Shown here: piece by piece, positions 19,465-29,434 of the stretch
Layout of the letters: every line of letters begins with the position of its first letter
Numbering within the stretch: the first letter of the stretch is position 1
DNA from: Nitrososphaeria archaeon
GTDB taxonomy: Archaea > Thermoproteota > Nitrososphaeria > JACIWG01
Assembly: GCA_050011875.1 (NCBI GenBank)
Contig: JBEKIG010000012.1
Span: 11,278 to 75,277 of the forward strand
Direction of reading: 5' to 3'
Length of the DNA stretch: 64,000 nt
Program-made: the position numbers and the translations under genes
The notes under the pieces: generated by a model
Databases searched by the model: none
Told to the model about the DNA's origin: nothing
The model's input: the letters and a program-made list of their open reading frames with translations, nothing else

Positions 19465-19884
19465 ATGGTAGAAATAAATCTAACTGTACATTTGGATAAA
19501 GTAAGGTATTTTCTCATAGATAGCACATGTCGCTCTTTCATGCCTATTAGTTATCTTAAAGATCCAGAAGTCTTTCCCGAAAAAGAGAACGGCCCAGGAT
19601 CGATATACATCGAAGCTGTTGATAAAGTGACCTTAACCAAAATTCAAGATATCACATTTGTTGACGCCAAAGATATTTTAGGAATCATATACGTATCAAA
19701 AAGTGGTAATACTAAGTTGAAGTGGAGGCAGATAAGGGGGAGGATGGGGAAACTGATTGGTAAGGCTTCCACGAATTCCTTGGTCAACTTGGTAGAATCT
19801 GGGATTTTATCAGTTGATCAGGTAAGGACTATTGTCTCTAAACAGGAGGAAGAGTCGCCCTCTGAGCCTCCAAAGGAAGTTTAG
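19465..19884 (+). CDS. Conserved hypothetical protein
   Basis: 139-aa ORF with upstream AT-rich TATA-like element and normal composition; function not recognised. Confidence 0.7.
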   Translation: MVEINLTVHLDKVRYFLIDSTCRSFMPISYLKDPEVFPEKENGPGSIYIEAVDKVTLTKIQDITFVDAKDILGIIYVSKSGNTKLKWRQIRGRMGKLIGKASTNSLVNLVESGILSVDQVRTIVSKQEEESPSEPPKEV

Positions 19885-20809
19885 TCCATCTCATAAATTC
19901 TTCGCTTGGTCTTTCATTTTGATAAAGTTCTTCACGCTTTGCCTCCAGCAGTAGGTTTGGCTTATCTTGATATTCCGCAAAGGTTTGCACTCTGTTTCCA
20001 AATTTTTTAGCCTTCCTGTTTAATTCTCTTACAAAGTCTAATGTTCTAAGGTCTCTTAGGAGGTGATGGTCAAGTATCATCAGCTTCGTCTCTTCTATAA
20101 GTCTACTAAGATTTCTTTTCGCCTGCTCAATATTTTCTTCATTTACGTTGCTTAGGTAAGTTGGTGGTCCCCCTATAATTAAGACATCGGGTTTCTCTTT
20201 TAAAATAAAGTCAAGCGTTTTATTCGATATTGGACCTTGGACGTCTGATGCGTGTATAAAAGTTAAGTCTCTACTTCTGAATATTGTTGCTAGAACATAT
20301 CCTAGTTTGCTGCCCTCTTCTCCATGATACAGTGGTTCACTGAATTGGATCGTAGTTCCTCCATAGTAAAAGCTCCTGCCATCTGCCTTGTAAACCATTT
20401 TGGCGACATTTTTGAGTAATTTAGAGAAGATCCATCCCCTTCCTTTCTGACTATAATTGATGGAGGACTTAAAATCCTTGATGTATACTATTTTGTTTGA
20501 ATACACTTCCTCTGCCACTTTCTTGTCGCACCAAGTCCACTTGGTGTCCAAAGTGCTGAAAAACGGTGAGAAATGATCATAATGATAATGAGAAATGACT
20601 ACCACATCACTTTTTGCTGCGTAGTAAGCTATCTTTTTCTTAGCCTCTCCTAGAGCCTTATATTCTAATGTATGAGGGAGTAAACCATTCCTTGGACCTA
20701 GAGCTGCACCCGCATCTATTAGAACTTTGATATCAGGTGTTTCTACATATGTTGAGGTAGACCTGACTCCTAGGCTTTCAGCGCATAGTGGCTTGACTAG
20801 TATTTTCAA
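19838..20809 (-). CDS. MBL-fold metallo-hydrolase (UPF0282-like)
   Basis: AESLGVRS, ISHYHYDH, HASDVQGP, GGPPTYL, LDHHLLRD. Confidence 0.88.
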   Translation of the reverse strand: MKILVKPLCAESLGVRSTSTYVETPDIKVLIDAGAALGPRNGLLPHTLEYKALGEAKKKIAYYAAKSDVVVISHYHYDHFSPFFSTLDTKWTWCDKKVAEEVYSNKIVYIKDFKSSINYSQKGRGWIFSKLLKNVAKMVYKADGRSFYYGGTTIQFSEPLYHGEEGSKLGYVLATIFRSRDLTFIHASDVQGPISNKTLDFILKEKPDVLIIGGPPTYLSNVNEENIEQAKRNLSRLIEETKLMILDHHLLRDLRTLDFVRELNRKAKKFGNRVQTFAEYQDKPNLLLEAKREELYQNERPSEEFMRWTKLPLEAQRATLPPV

Positions 20810-20882
20810 TCAACGGAGGGTATTAAATGGTAAAAGATTAATTTTTATTTCTAGGTAAATATAGTGGTGATGGTGAAAAAGC

Positions 20883-21212
20883 ATGGTATTAGTTAAAGTA
20901 TTCAGAATAACTAGCTACAGTGCCCCTGATACAGGAGCTCAAGGAAAACAGATAGAGCTAGTTGAAGTAAAAAGACAACCGGTTATGGGCCAGCAATATG
21001 GCGATGATACAACTCGTGTTACTCAATCAATAATATCACAGATACAGTCTATGGGTATCTTTCCTCCCATGCCAAAGGAGATCACATATCCTAAAGTCAT
21101 CCTCTTTCTTACCGAAAATGAATTTGATCAGCTTCAAGTTCCGATGAATGTGAACGATACCTACGAAATGACTTTCGAAAAAGAAAGGATGATATTTAAG
21201 CTACCTGAGTAA
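20883..21212 (+). CDS. Arcadin-1-like protein
   Basis: Size and pattern (IELVE...SMGIFP....PKVILFLTENE.......VND.YE..F) resemble arcadin-1 as recalled from memory. Confidence 0.6.
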   Translation: MVLVKVFRITSYSAPDTGAQGKQIELVEVKRQPVMGQQYGDDTTRVTQSIISQIQSMGIFPPMPKEITYPKVILFLTENEFDQLQVPMNVNDTYEMTFEKERMIFKLPE

Positions 21213-21223
21213 AAAAATAACAT

Positions 21224-21297
21224 GCGGCGTTGATCCAGTGGCCAAAGATGCCAGCCTCCCAAGCTGGATAGCCCGGGTTCAAATCCCGGACGCCGCA
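21224..21297 (+). tRNA. tRNA-Gly(CCC), intron-less
   Basis: GCGGCGT/ACGCCGC acceptor stem, CCAGC-CTCCCAA-GCTGG anticodon arm, GGTTCAAATCC T-loop; CCA not encoded. Confidence 0.95.
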
Positions 21298-21597
21298 TCT
21301 CCGAATGGAATACTTTCGATCAAATTGCTATGATTTAAGAATAAATGCTTGTACAGAAACTGTTAGAAGAAAGTTATAGGAAGCAAACAATCAGGAAAGG
21401 ACTAACTGATATCTTGTCGTTATAGAAACTGGCTTTTCTATAAAAACTTTCTACAGAATTATTTTATTTGAATTTGGCGTATTTTTCTGGGTTTTAACGT
21501 TTGTAAGCGCTATAAAAAACAATTTAGCTAAATCGCCTCTATACAACGTTTTCTTTTTATACCCGTCACCTCGGTTTCTATGAATAGGTGATATATC

Positions 21598-22029
21598 TTG
21601 GGGATGGTCAATATCTCTGAAAAAAAAGAGGTTAAAAGGGAAGCTATCGCTGAAGGTAAAATAATTTTAAAGCCTGAAACAATAAATTTGATCAGAGAGA
21701 AGAAGATAGAAAAAGGTGACCCCCTACAGATATCCTTGGTCACTGCTACCAATGCTGTCAAAAGAACTCCCGAACTCGTACCTTTTTGTCATTTTATTTT
21801 ACTGGAAGATATTAAGGTTAGCTTTGTTGTAGATAATTTCTCTATCACCGTCAGAGTAAAGGTGAAATCGACTTCCAAGACAGGTGTTGAGATGGAGGCT
21901 CTTTCAGGTGTCTTAAATGCGCTTTTGAACATTTGGGACATCGTCAAAAAGTATGAAAAAGACGACTCTGGGAATTATCCATTCACTTTTATAAAGGATG
22001 TTCGCGTAATTAGTAAAGTGAAGGGTTAA
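21598..22029 (+). CDS. moaC: Cyclic pyranopterin monophosphate synthase MoaC
   Basis: MVNISEK, KGD, P.CH, TGVEMEAL, WD.VK. Confidence 0.95.
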   Translation: MGMVNISEKKEVKREAIAEGKIILKPETINLIREKKIEKGDPLQISLVTATNAVKRTPELVPFCHFILLEDIKVSFVVDNFSITVRVKVKSTSKTGVEMEALSGVLNALLNIWDIVKKYEKDDSGNYPFTFIKDVRVISKVKG

Positions 22030-22553
22030 TGAAGAGTTATGAAATTCATAGGGCTTCTGCTCCCTCTAAAATACGATGTTCCGTAGTGACCGTTAGTACT
22101 TCGAGGTATATTGAAGCTTCTAAAGGCCACAAGTTAGACGATGTGTCCGGTCTGAAGATTGCCGAGAAGTTGATGAAAAATGGGTATATCGTCGCGTCTA
22201 GGAAGATAGTATCAGACGATATTGGCATGATTAGAAAGGAGACATTGAGGTCAATTTACGAGGAGGGCTGTAGCGTGGTGGTTCTAACTGGTGGGACAGG
22301 TGTAGCATCATCAGATGTGACTGTTGAAGCTTTGTCATCTCTTTTTGATAAGGAGCTTCCCGGATTTGGAGAAATATTTAGAGCGCAAACTTTCTTAAAG
22401 GCTAAGGGTGTAGCCCTAATTTCTAGGGCAAAAGCGGGAATAATCGCCTCTTCTATCGTTTTTTGTCTGCCAGGTTCGCCTGATGCAGTCAACACAGCTC
22501 TGGACATAATGGTCGACGAATTACCGCATATAGTGAAACATGCTCGTGAATAA
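22029..22553 (+). CDS. moaB: Molybdopterin adenylyltransferase MoaB/Mog
   Basis: TGGTG...DVT.EA, PGFGE.FR, SRA, LPGSP. Confidence 0.93.
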   Translation: MKSYEIHRASAPSKIRCSVVTVSTSRYIEASKGHKLDDVSGLKIAEKLMKNGYIVASRKIVSDDIGMIRKETLRSIYEEGCSVVVLTGGTGVASSDVTVEALSSLFDKELPGFGEIFRAQTFLKAKGVALISRAKAGIIASSIVFCLPGSPDAVNTALDIMVDELPHIVKHARE

Positions 22554-22555
22554 GT

Positions 22556-23470
22556 ATGTTGTTGGATCTGTACAACCGTCCAATATATAATCTGAGAATT
22601 TCGGTTACCTCAAAATGTAATCAGGATTGTTTCTATTGCCATTCTGAAGGGGTTATGAACAAAGAAAATGGAGAAATGTCAATCGACGATATCGTTATGA
22701 TAGCTAGGCTGGCCGCTTCGTACGGTGTAAAGACAATAAAGTTGACAGGCGGCGAACCTCTTTTAAGGAATGATATAGTAGAAATTGTGAAATCTCTTCG
22801 AGACATTGAAGCCTTTTCAGAGATATCAATGGTGACAAACGGTCAGCTTTTAAAAAAGTACGCTTTGAAACTGAAGTCTGCAGGGCTGAAGAGAGTTAAC
22901 GTTAGCCTTCCTACCTTGAATGAAAAAAATTATAAAGAAATAACTGGAGAAAGTTTAAAACCTGTTCTTGATGGTATAAGTGAGGCTTCGAAAGCAGGTC
23001 TTGATCCAATTAAAATAAATATGGTGCTGCTGAAAGGCATTAACGAACATGAAATCGATTTTATGATATCATACTCTGCAAAATCTAGTACGGTATTGCA
23101 GATCATCGAACTTGAACCGGTAGGAATATCGTCGAAGCTTTATTCCAAATATCATGAGCCAATTAATGTCTTAGAGGAAAGATTGGCTAGCATGTCAAAG
23201 GCTGTATATTTTAGAGATGACATGCATAAGAGGAAGATATTTGAACTTGATTCAGTAAAGGTTGAAGTGGTTCATCCAATTGAAAACACTGAGTTTTGTT
23301 CACATTGCAATCGGCTTAGGGTGACGTACGACGGCTCCTTCAAACCTTGTTTGATGCGTTCAAATAATCAAATTGACGCCAAAAAGTACCTAGACTCTAA
23401 AGACTATGATGGATTAAGATATACGTTTCTTCAAGCGGTTATGATAAGGAAACCATTCTGCACAGCCTGA
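22556..23470 (+). CDS. moaA: GTP 3',8-cyclase MoaA
   Basis: LRISVT..CNQDCFYCH radical-SAM motif, TGGEP, FCSHCNRLR...KPCL. Confidence 0.95.
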   Translation: MLLDLYNRPIYNLRISVTSKCNQDCFYCHSEGVMNKENGEMSIDDIVMIARLAASYGVKTIKLTGGEPLLRNDIVEIVKSLRDIEAFSEISMVTNGQLLKKYALKLKSAGLKRVNVSLPTLNEKNYKEITGESLKPVLDGISEASKAGLDPIKINMVLLKGINEHEIDFMISYSAKSSTVLQIIELEPVGISSKLYSKYHEPINVLEERLASMSKAVYFRDDMHKRKIFELDSVKVEVVHPIENTEFCSHCNRLRVTYDGSFKPCLMRSNNQIDAKKYLDSKDYDGLRYTFLQAVMIRKPFCTA

Positions 23471-23472
23471 TA

Positions 23473-23805
23473 TTAAGAGCTCATAATATAGCTGGCATAA
23501 TTTTCTTCGCTTTTTAAACAATCTTTGCAGAGACACAGTGTGGATGAGTTGTAATAATCGCATTTATTATTATATTCACAAGTTCGGCAATCTACTTCTT
23601 TCAAACAAATGGCACATTTTTTGTATATGATGACATCCTCTTTTAAAACTTCTGTCAAAAACGTTACAAGGAGTTTCTTGTTAGTTCCATCATAAATCAG
23701 CATTCCCTTTGATTTATCATATTTTAAACCCAAGGACATTAATGTTTTAAAATCGTCCGTGCCAACATATGGAAGTCTAAACCATTCTCCTTCAAGTATT
23801 TCCAT
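23473..23805 (-). CDS. Cys-rich hypothetical protein (putative Zn finger)
   Basis: CAIC...CRTC...C...CLCKDC; start overlaps the rfcL stop. Confidence 0.7.
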   Translation of the reverse strand: MEILEGEWFRLPYVGTDDFKTLMSLGLKYDKSKGMLIYDGTNKKLLVTFLTEVLKEDVIIYKKCAICLKEVDCRTCEYNNKCDYYNSSTLCLCKDCLKSEENYASYIMSS

Positions 23806-25010
23806 CAGCCCTTCACCTTTTTCTCGAAAAATGAAATTACGCTGTCATCAAAACCCATACGCCCTAGATAGCTTAGAACAGTTCCTTTATCTTTTCTAGC
23901 TAAACTGATTAGGCATGGTAGATAATACAGCGAAAACTCTCCCTCAGAGATGTGGTACTTCTGATTAATTCTCTCCCTCATACCTTTAAACACTCTTAAT
24001 TCCGTCCAATACTTTAGTTTCAGATCCCAGATAGGTTCCTGCTCAGAGTATCTGAACCCTTGTCCAATATCTAATGTACGAAATCGTCCAACGATTATTC
24101 TATCATACCATCTTAGCATCCTCCACTCTTGTGTGCTCTCCAATCTTCTCTCAAAAACGTCTACGTCTGCTATTGCCTTCAACCCAGCTTTCCTCTGTCC
24201 TTTTTCAAGGTAAGATGCCAAGATCGAATAGAATAAGATTTGTAGTTTTTCTCTGGCGTCAGCATCTATTTTTGAGAATTTGTTATACGCTTCCTCAAAT
24301 GTCTTCTCTTGGAATAATGCGAGTGCCGCATCCTGTCTTGAGATAACTGCATCCTTTAATATTTTCATCGGTTCTACCGTATCTGGTACCTTTATTACAC
24401 TCTGGAGGAGATTTATGGCTGCTCTAACATCCCCACTGCTCTTTGCTGCGACCTCGCTGAGCAATTTGTCGCTGACGCTAATTTTTTCTAGGTTAGCAAT
24501 ATGTTTTAAGTACATGGCAATCATTCTTAACGGCACTTTCTGAAAGGATATCACGATAGTTTTCTTAGAGAGTTTTATAACACTCTCATTTAGGATGTCG
24601 TTTGCTGTTAACACTATCGGAACAGGCGGTTTTTCCAAGAGCTGGTTTACGTATTCTGTTCCCCCATAGTCTTCTCTTCCATATATTCCGTCTACCTCAT
24701 CAAGTAGGACCATTCTCTTTTCATCAAAGAGATCTGAGGTGTAGAGAGAGTTTCCAAGCTTCTTATTAAGATTCTCCCTCGTTCTTATGTCACTTGCGTT
24801 AAGTTCTATGATGTGATATTTGAGTTCACGAGCTGCTGCATATACCGATGTATTTTTTCCGGTGCCCGCTTGGCCTACTAAGAACACAGCTTTGTCTCCT
24901 ATCTTCCAGTTCTTTAGCCAGTTGTAGAAGGACTCCCTTGCCTCCTCATTACCGATGATCTGGTTAAATTTTATGTTCCTATATTTTTCTGTCCACATCT
25001 GCGCCGCCAT
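23805..25010 (-). CDS. rfcL: Replication factor C large subunit
   Basis: WTEKYR, IELNASD.R, LDEVDG, GDVRAAIN.LQ; Walker A reads GQAGTGKNT. Confidence 0.9.
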   Translation of the reverse strand: MAAQMWTEKYRNIKFNQIIGNEEARESFYNWLKNWKIGDKAVFLVGQAGTGKNTSVYAAARELKYHIIELNASDIRTRENLNKKLGNSLYTSDLFDEKRMVLLDEVDGIYGREDYGGTEYVNQLLEKPPVPIVLTANDILNESVIKLSKKTIVISFQKVPLRMIAMYLKHIANLEKISVSDKLLSEVAAKSSGDVRAAINLLQSVIKVPDTVEPMKILKDAVISRQDAALALFQEKTFEEAYNKFSKIDADAREKLQILFYSILASYLEKGQRKAGLKAIADVDVFERRLESTQEWRMLRWYDRIIVGRFRTLDIGQGFRYSEQEPIWDLKLKYWTELRVFKGMRERINQKYHISEGEFSLYYLPCLISLARKDKGTVLSYLGRMGFDDSVISFFEKKVKG

Positions 25011-25011
25011 G

Positions 25012-25902
25012 CTATCGAATCACCATTTTTTCGGCAATAAATGCTATGAAACCAAGCAGCATTCCAATTAAAGCAAATTTTTTAACACGATATACATTTG
25101 CGCTCGAATAATTTTTTAGTATTGAGTAAGAGAGATAAACAAACAGTGCGTCAGGAACCATCACCATGGCCAAATACAGTATCCCTGCTTGTTTTGAGAG
25201 GTAAGGTCCAAAGGTGGAAAACACCGCCAGGATAAAAAGAGTTGCACCAGCTCTAGCAGAATTTTCTTCTCCAATGGAATGAGTTATCGATTTGACTCCT
25301 CTTGTTCTATCCCCTTCTGCGTCAGATATCGTTTTTATGACTTCTCTCCCTGTAACAGCTAAAAAGGACACTATAACAGCCCAGAGAAGCAAGGAAGATG
25401 AGCCTAAAAAAAATGTGCCTTGAATAGTTGGAACCACAGCAGCTGAGACCACGCTACCGTAGATGTAGGGAATCGAGGTTGAAAGTGCGACCGTCAGATT
25501 TCCGATAATTCCCTGTTTCTTTAGATAGAAGTTGTAAAACCAAGATATGAATCCAAATACTACAGTGATAATGAATCCTGTCAGGCTTGTTAATAATGAG
25601 AATACTATGCCGAGAAAAAGTAATGTTATAGCATAAGCCCAAGCTACAGAAATTTTTATTTCACCTTTGACAAGAGGTCTATTCAGCCGATTAACACGGT
25701 CAACCTCTATATCATAAATATCATTGACTACCATCGAGAAACTTGCGACAAAGAAGCCAGTTAAAAAACCAAAAAGAGTTTTCCATACGAGAACCGCCTG
25801 CAAAGAAGTAAGAATGACACCGATAATTACGGCCGCGCCTACCATAACGCTATTTGTAGGCCTGATCATCTTAAAGTACGTGTTTAAACTAATTTTCTGC
25901 AT
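25012..25902 (-). CDS. UbiA-family digeranylgeranylglyceryl phosphate synthase
   Basis: RP.N, NDIYDIEVDRVN..NRPL..G, REVIK.ISDAEGD; multiple TM segments. Confidence 0.9.
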   Translation of the reverse strand: MQKISLNTYFKMIRPTNSVMVGAAVIIGVILTSLQAVLVWKTLFGFLTGFFVASFSMVVNDIYDIEVDRVNRLNRPLVKGEIKISVAWAYAITLLFLGIVFSLLTSLTGFIITVVFGFISWFYNFYLKKQGIIGNLTVALSTSIPYIYGSVVSAAVVPTIQGTFFLGSSSLLLWAVIVSFLAVTGREVIKTISDAEGDRTRGVKSITHSIGEENSARAGATLFILAVFSTFGPYLSKQAGILYLAMVMVPDALFVYLSYSILKNYSSANVYRVKKFALIGMLLGFIAFIAEKMVIR

Positions 25903-26425
25903 TAAAGACCGCCTCAGATATCTGATAATATATCACTTCTCCCCTTCTATCTATAACTGCTATGATAGATTTCTTCCCCATCCTTTTAATATCAATAGCA
26001 TCCTGTACGATCTTCTCAAATCTAACATCATTTCCTTCATTTAAAACGAAGACAACATATTTTGCTGTCTTTTTACCATATTCCCCTTTATCGTAGACTC
26101 TAAAGTCAACCCCGAAACCGAAGCCTTCTTTGACAATAAAACCTCTGCTCCTAAGGTCTCTATAGACTAGAAATCTGGTTAGAATTTCCTTATCTTTATT
26201 GTAGAGTATGCCTATTAAACTGTCAAAGTTTATGATCTTCTTCTTTCCAATCACGTCAACCCTATTAATACTGCAAAGATAGAGCGCTTCATAGGGGTTC
26301 AACACAAGACTCTTTCTTTCCTTTTCTCCAAATCCACTCTGGTAAAGTTCTTGGGCATCATCAAAATTTTCAATAACAATGCGATTTAATTTTAACTTTC
26401 CAGAAAGTCTTGTTTCCTGACCCAT
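25889..26425 (-). CDS. endA: tRNA-splicing endonuclease subunit, probably structural (beta) subunit
   Basis: L...EALYL, FLVYRDLRSRG, GFGFGVDFRVY, AVIDRRGEVIYY; the catalytic His position reads KKTAKY, so no His. Confidence 0.85.
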   Translation of the reverse strand: MGQETRLSGKLKLNRIVIENFDDAQELYQSGFGEKERKSLVLNPYEALYLCSINRVDVIGKKKIINFDSLIGILYNKDKEILTRFLVYRDLRSRGFIVKEGFGFGVDFRVYDKGEYGKKTAKYVVFVLNEGNDVRFEKIVQDAIDIKRMGKKSIIAVIDRRGEVIYYQISEAVFNAEN

Positions 26426-26518
26426 AACTACTCGTCTCTACCATAAAAGCATGATTTAAAGTTCTTGATAAAATAATCCTATTTCGAATATTTTGTTAAA
26501 AATAAAGCTTTTAAAGAG

Positions 26519-26842
26519 ATGTTGGGGAGACTGGGTGTGAATAATTTGAACATCTCTCAGCTAAGGGATGGCATGAAAAAGGTTGATATTGTTGGTAGGA
26601 TAACTGATAAGCCAGAGCCTCGCGAAGTAATGTTAAGAACTGGTCAGAAAGCCCGTGTGGCAGACCTTACAATCACTGATGAAACTGGTAAGGTAAAGCT
26701 TACTCTTTGGGATGACCAAATTGATAAGGTTGATGTTAACGATACTGCTAAGATAGAAAATGGTTACGTCAACAGCTTCAGAGGGGAAATCCGTCTTAAC
26801 GTCGGACGTTTTGGAAAGCTAGATGTTATTACCAACGAATAA
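26519..26842 (+). CDS. ssb: Single-OB-fold ssDNA-binding protein
   Basis: DETGKVKLTLW, IENGYV..FRG...LNVGRFG. Confidence 0.9.
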   Translation: MLGRLGVNNLNISQLRDGMKKVDIVGRITDKPEPREVMLRTGQKARVADLTITDETGKVKLTLWDDQIDKVDVNDTAKIENGYVNSFRGEIRLNVGRFGKLDVITNE

Positions 26843-26860
26843 GTGTGATGCTGAAAAATA

Positions 26861-28939
26861 CTAGTTATCTGTCTGAATATTCAGTATTGATGCTGAGCCA
26901 CATTTTGGGCATCTAGAAACGGATGTGCTCTTAGCACCACATGTCCCGCAAGAGATAAGATTCTTCCTTACTTTAAAAACACCAATTCTCGAAAGCATAT
27001 TCTCTATGGCGTCCCCTATGTCAAGTTCATCGGTTAGTGTTGAAACATCTAATATCGCATGATATCCTCCCTTTGTCTTGTCTATCCTAGCCTGTATCCT
27101 TTTAAGAAAGTTCTCATCTTCTAATGCCTTAATCCCAAGAACTGGTATTTGTGAATACTTCCCTGTGATTGATAGAGTCTTACTTTGGGCGGTTTCTGGA
27201 AAAAGTTCTCTGTCAAGCTCATAGAATCTTTCTGCTGAGCTATCCACGTAAACTGAAGTGAAGACTCTTGATTTTGTCTTTTCTCCTTCTAGTATTTTCT
27301 GAGAAAAATCAATCAGCTTAATCCACATTTTATTTTGTTCTTCTACGTCTTGGGGTATAAGATATCTTACAAGCTCTTCTAAACCAACCATATTAAGTAC
27401 TATTTCTATACTGTTCTTTGGAAAAAGATCGTTATTGTATTCGTAAATATATAAAAGTTTTTTCTCCATCAAATCTATTAGGATATTTTTCCTTGTTTCC
27501 ATGATGTTATATGTCTTCTGAAGTCTGATCTTGAGTAGACTCTTAAGGTAGGATTCTTCTGTCCCACTGAAAAAAAATCTTGGTAGATTTAACGCTAGTG
27601 AGTGTAGGACTATTGTTCCCGCTGGTAAAATATCGTTATCATCGAAGTTCTTCCTTATGCCGAGGTAGGAAATAGGTCTGGTTGGCTGTGAAGCGATCAT
27701 GATGTTTCCTCCATTATTTAAGATTGTTATGAACGAACCTAGTTCCTCTTTGAACAAGGTTCTATCGTAGACATTTAGGACCAGCTTTACTCTAGATCTT
27801 AGTGTTCCTCTTAGATATAGCATGTAGGCATCTATAATGCCTTCCAAAGCCTTCCTGTCGGTCTCAGCATTCAGGTTGATCTGGAAGCTCAAAATGTTTT
27901 TAGATATAGGATTTATATTTGATATTGAATTGGAGATCAACTCGTAGACCTTTTCTTTTATCATTTGTCTATCTTGATTTCCACTTATCTGGGAAATGAA
28001 TTCAACAAAATTTTCGATAACTATTTCGTCAGAGGTTTCTTCAAGCATTTTTTTAATAATAAGTTTTATTTTCATTAAAGCAGGTTCATTGTCTTTCTCA
28101 TTGCTCACCCTTGACATTGCAGGATTCTTTACCCCGAACTTGACATCTGACGAAATTAAGCATAACGCATCGAAGAATACACTATCTGGCATTATTCCCC
28201 AGCATCCAGAGTTGACAATACTAATATCTCCTGAAAGATGCATGTCAAGCGCTTCAGAGCCTATCTGCGTTAGAAGAAGGTAGTCTGTGAATACTGCATC
28301 TGCAGCGGCTAATCTGAGGGAAAGGACATCACCCTCGGAAAGTCCTATCTGATATATTCTTTCTGCTACATCCTTTACGGGTAGACCTAATCTAGTAAGT
28401 TTATTTCTATATTCGTCCAAGCCCTTCTCGACAAGTATTGAGTTTACTAGTTCGCGGATCAAGGGAGCGGTCAAGTGGACATTCTCTAGTTTACTTATTC
28501 TTGACTCCGCTTCTGCTGTAATCTTTGAAGCTAGATCTCTCGGAATATTGGCTTCCCTTATCAACGACTGATAAATCTTGTCGCTGTCGAATTCCTCTAT
28601 TTTATGTCTAGATGTTCTAACATAAATTTTACCTGATGACTGAAGTGCCGCATCCTTCAACTCATTTGTTACGGTAAGTACTACTCTTCCAAAAGGTGTC
28701 AGAGAATATTTTCGAGTATTTTTATTCAAGGAAATTAAGTTAACAGCAGAGAGAAGTCTCAAATGATAGGCAAACCTACCGGACTCCCTTTTCTTAACAA
28801 AACCACAGTTATTCTTTAACTCAGTATAAGAAAGGGAACCGCTTTTATTCAGATCCCTTAAAATGGTCAAACGTTCATTTGATCCAAGAGCCGAATAGAC
28901 ACTTTCAAAATTGACGAGGTCATCAGACATTATAGCCAA
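26861..28939 (-). CDS. wHTH + ATP-cone + degenerate class III RNR (NrdD-like) protein
   Basis: N-terminal HTH (LSYTELK...FAYHLRLL), ATP-cone (VRTSR...EEFD..KI..SL.RE...LTAPLIRE), RLGLP, HLSGDI, LNLPR, C-terminal CxxC...CPxC; no Gly-radical motif. Confidence 0.8.
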   Translation of the reverse strand: MAIMSDDLVNFESVYSALGSNERLTILRDLNKSGSLSYTELKNNCGFVKKRESGRFAYHLRLLSAVNLISLNKNTRKYSLTPFGRVVLTVTNELKDAALQSSGKIYVRTSRHKIEEFDSDKIYQSLIREANIPRDLASKITAEAESRISKLENVHLTAPLIRELVNSILVEKGLDEYRNKLTRLGLPVKDVAERIYQIGLSEGDVLSLRLAAADAVFTDYLLLTQIGSEALDMHLSGDISIVNSGCWGIMPDSVFFDALCLISSDVKFGVKNPAMSRVSNEKDNEPALMKIKLIIKKMLEETSDEIVIENFVEFISQISGNQDRQMIKEKVYELISNSISNINPISKNILSFQINLNAETDRKALEGIIDAYMLYLRGTLRSRVKLVLNVYDRTLFKEELGSFITILNNGGNIMIASQPTRPISYLGIRKNFDDNDILPAGTIVLHSLALNLPRFFFSGTEESYLKSLLKIRLQKTYNIMETRKNILIDLMEKKLLYIYEYNNDLFPKNSIEIVLNMVGLEELVRYLIPQDVEEQNKMWIKLIDFSQKILEGEKTKSRVFTSVYVDSSAERFYELDRELFPETAQSKTLSITGKYSQIPVLGIKALEDENFLKRIQARIDKTKGGYHAILDVSTLTDELDIGDAIENMLSRIGVFKVRKNLISCGTCGAKSTSVSRCPKCGSASILNIQTDN

Positions 28940-29027
28940 CCAACCATCAAGATATGGTTAGACAACTAAAAAATGTTTAAGAACAAATCAATAATTATAT
29001 ACACAATATTCCGTAAGACATGAGTAA

Positions 29028-29103
29028 GGGGTCGTGGGCCAGTCTGGTCTACGCTGCGCGGCTTGGGACCGCGCGGACGTGGGTTCAAATCCCACCGACC
29101 CCA
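29028..29103 (+). tRNA. tRNA-Pro(TGG), intron-less
   Basis: GGGGTCG/CGACCCC acceptor stem, CGCGG-CTTGGGA-CCGCG anticodon arm, GTGGGTTCAAATCCCAC T arm. Confidence 0.95.
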
Positions 29104-29434
29104 TTAAAATTGAACAAAGTTTTTACGCAATTAAATGTTATTATTGTTTTCTAACATCCAACTTATTTATAACAACTTTTTGTTAGCAAACAAAGCGTTA
29201 AGCTAAGTTGGAATAGAGTGGTCATGATCCAAAAGTTTCTTCTAAGACATCATTTTTGACCGTTTTAATATCATAATTTCCAGGGTTTTGATTACGTCAA
29301 TGGTTACAAATACGAATTGGAACAAAAAGGGAGGGTAACCAAAGTATAAACAGCATGTGTGGTCTTTCTTTATTTTCATTCTCAAGGAAAAGGAAAAATA
29401 TAACGTTTATATAATAAATGGTGGTAAAAGCCTA

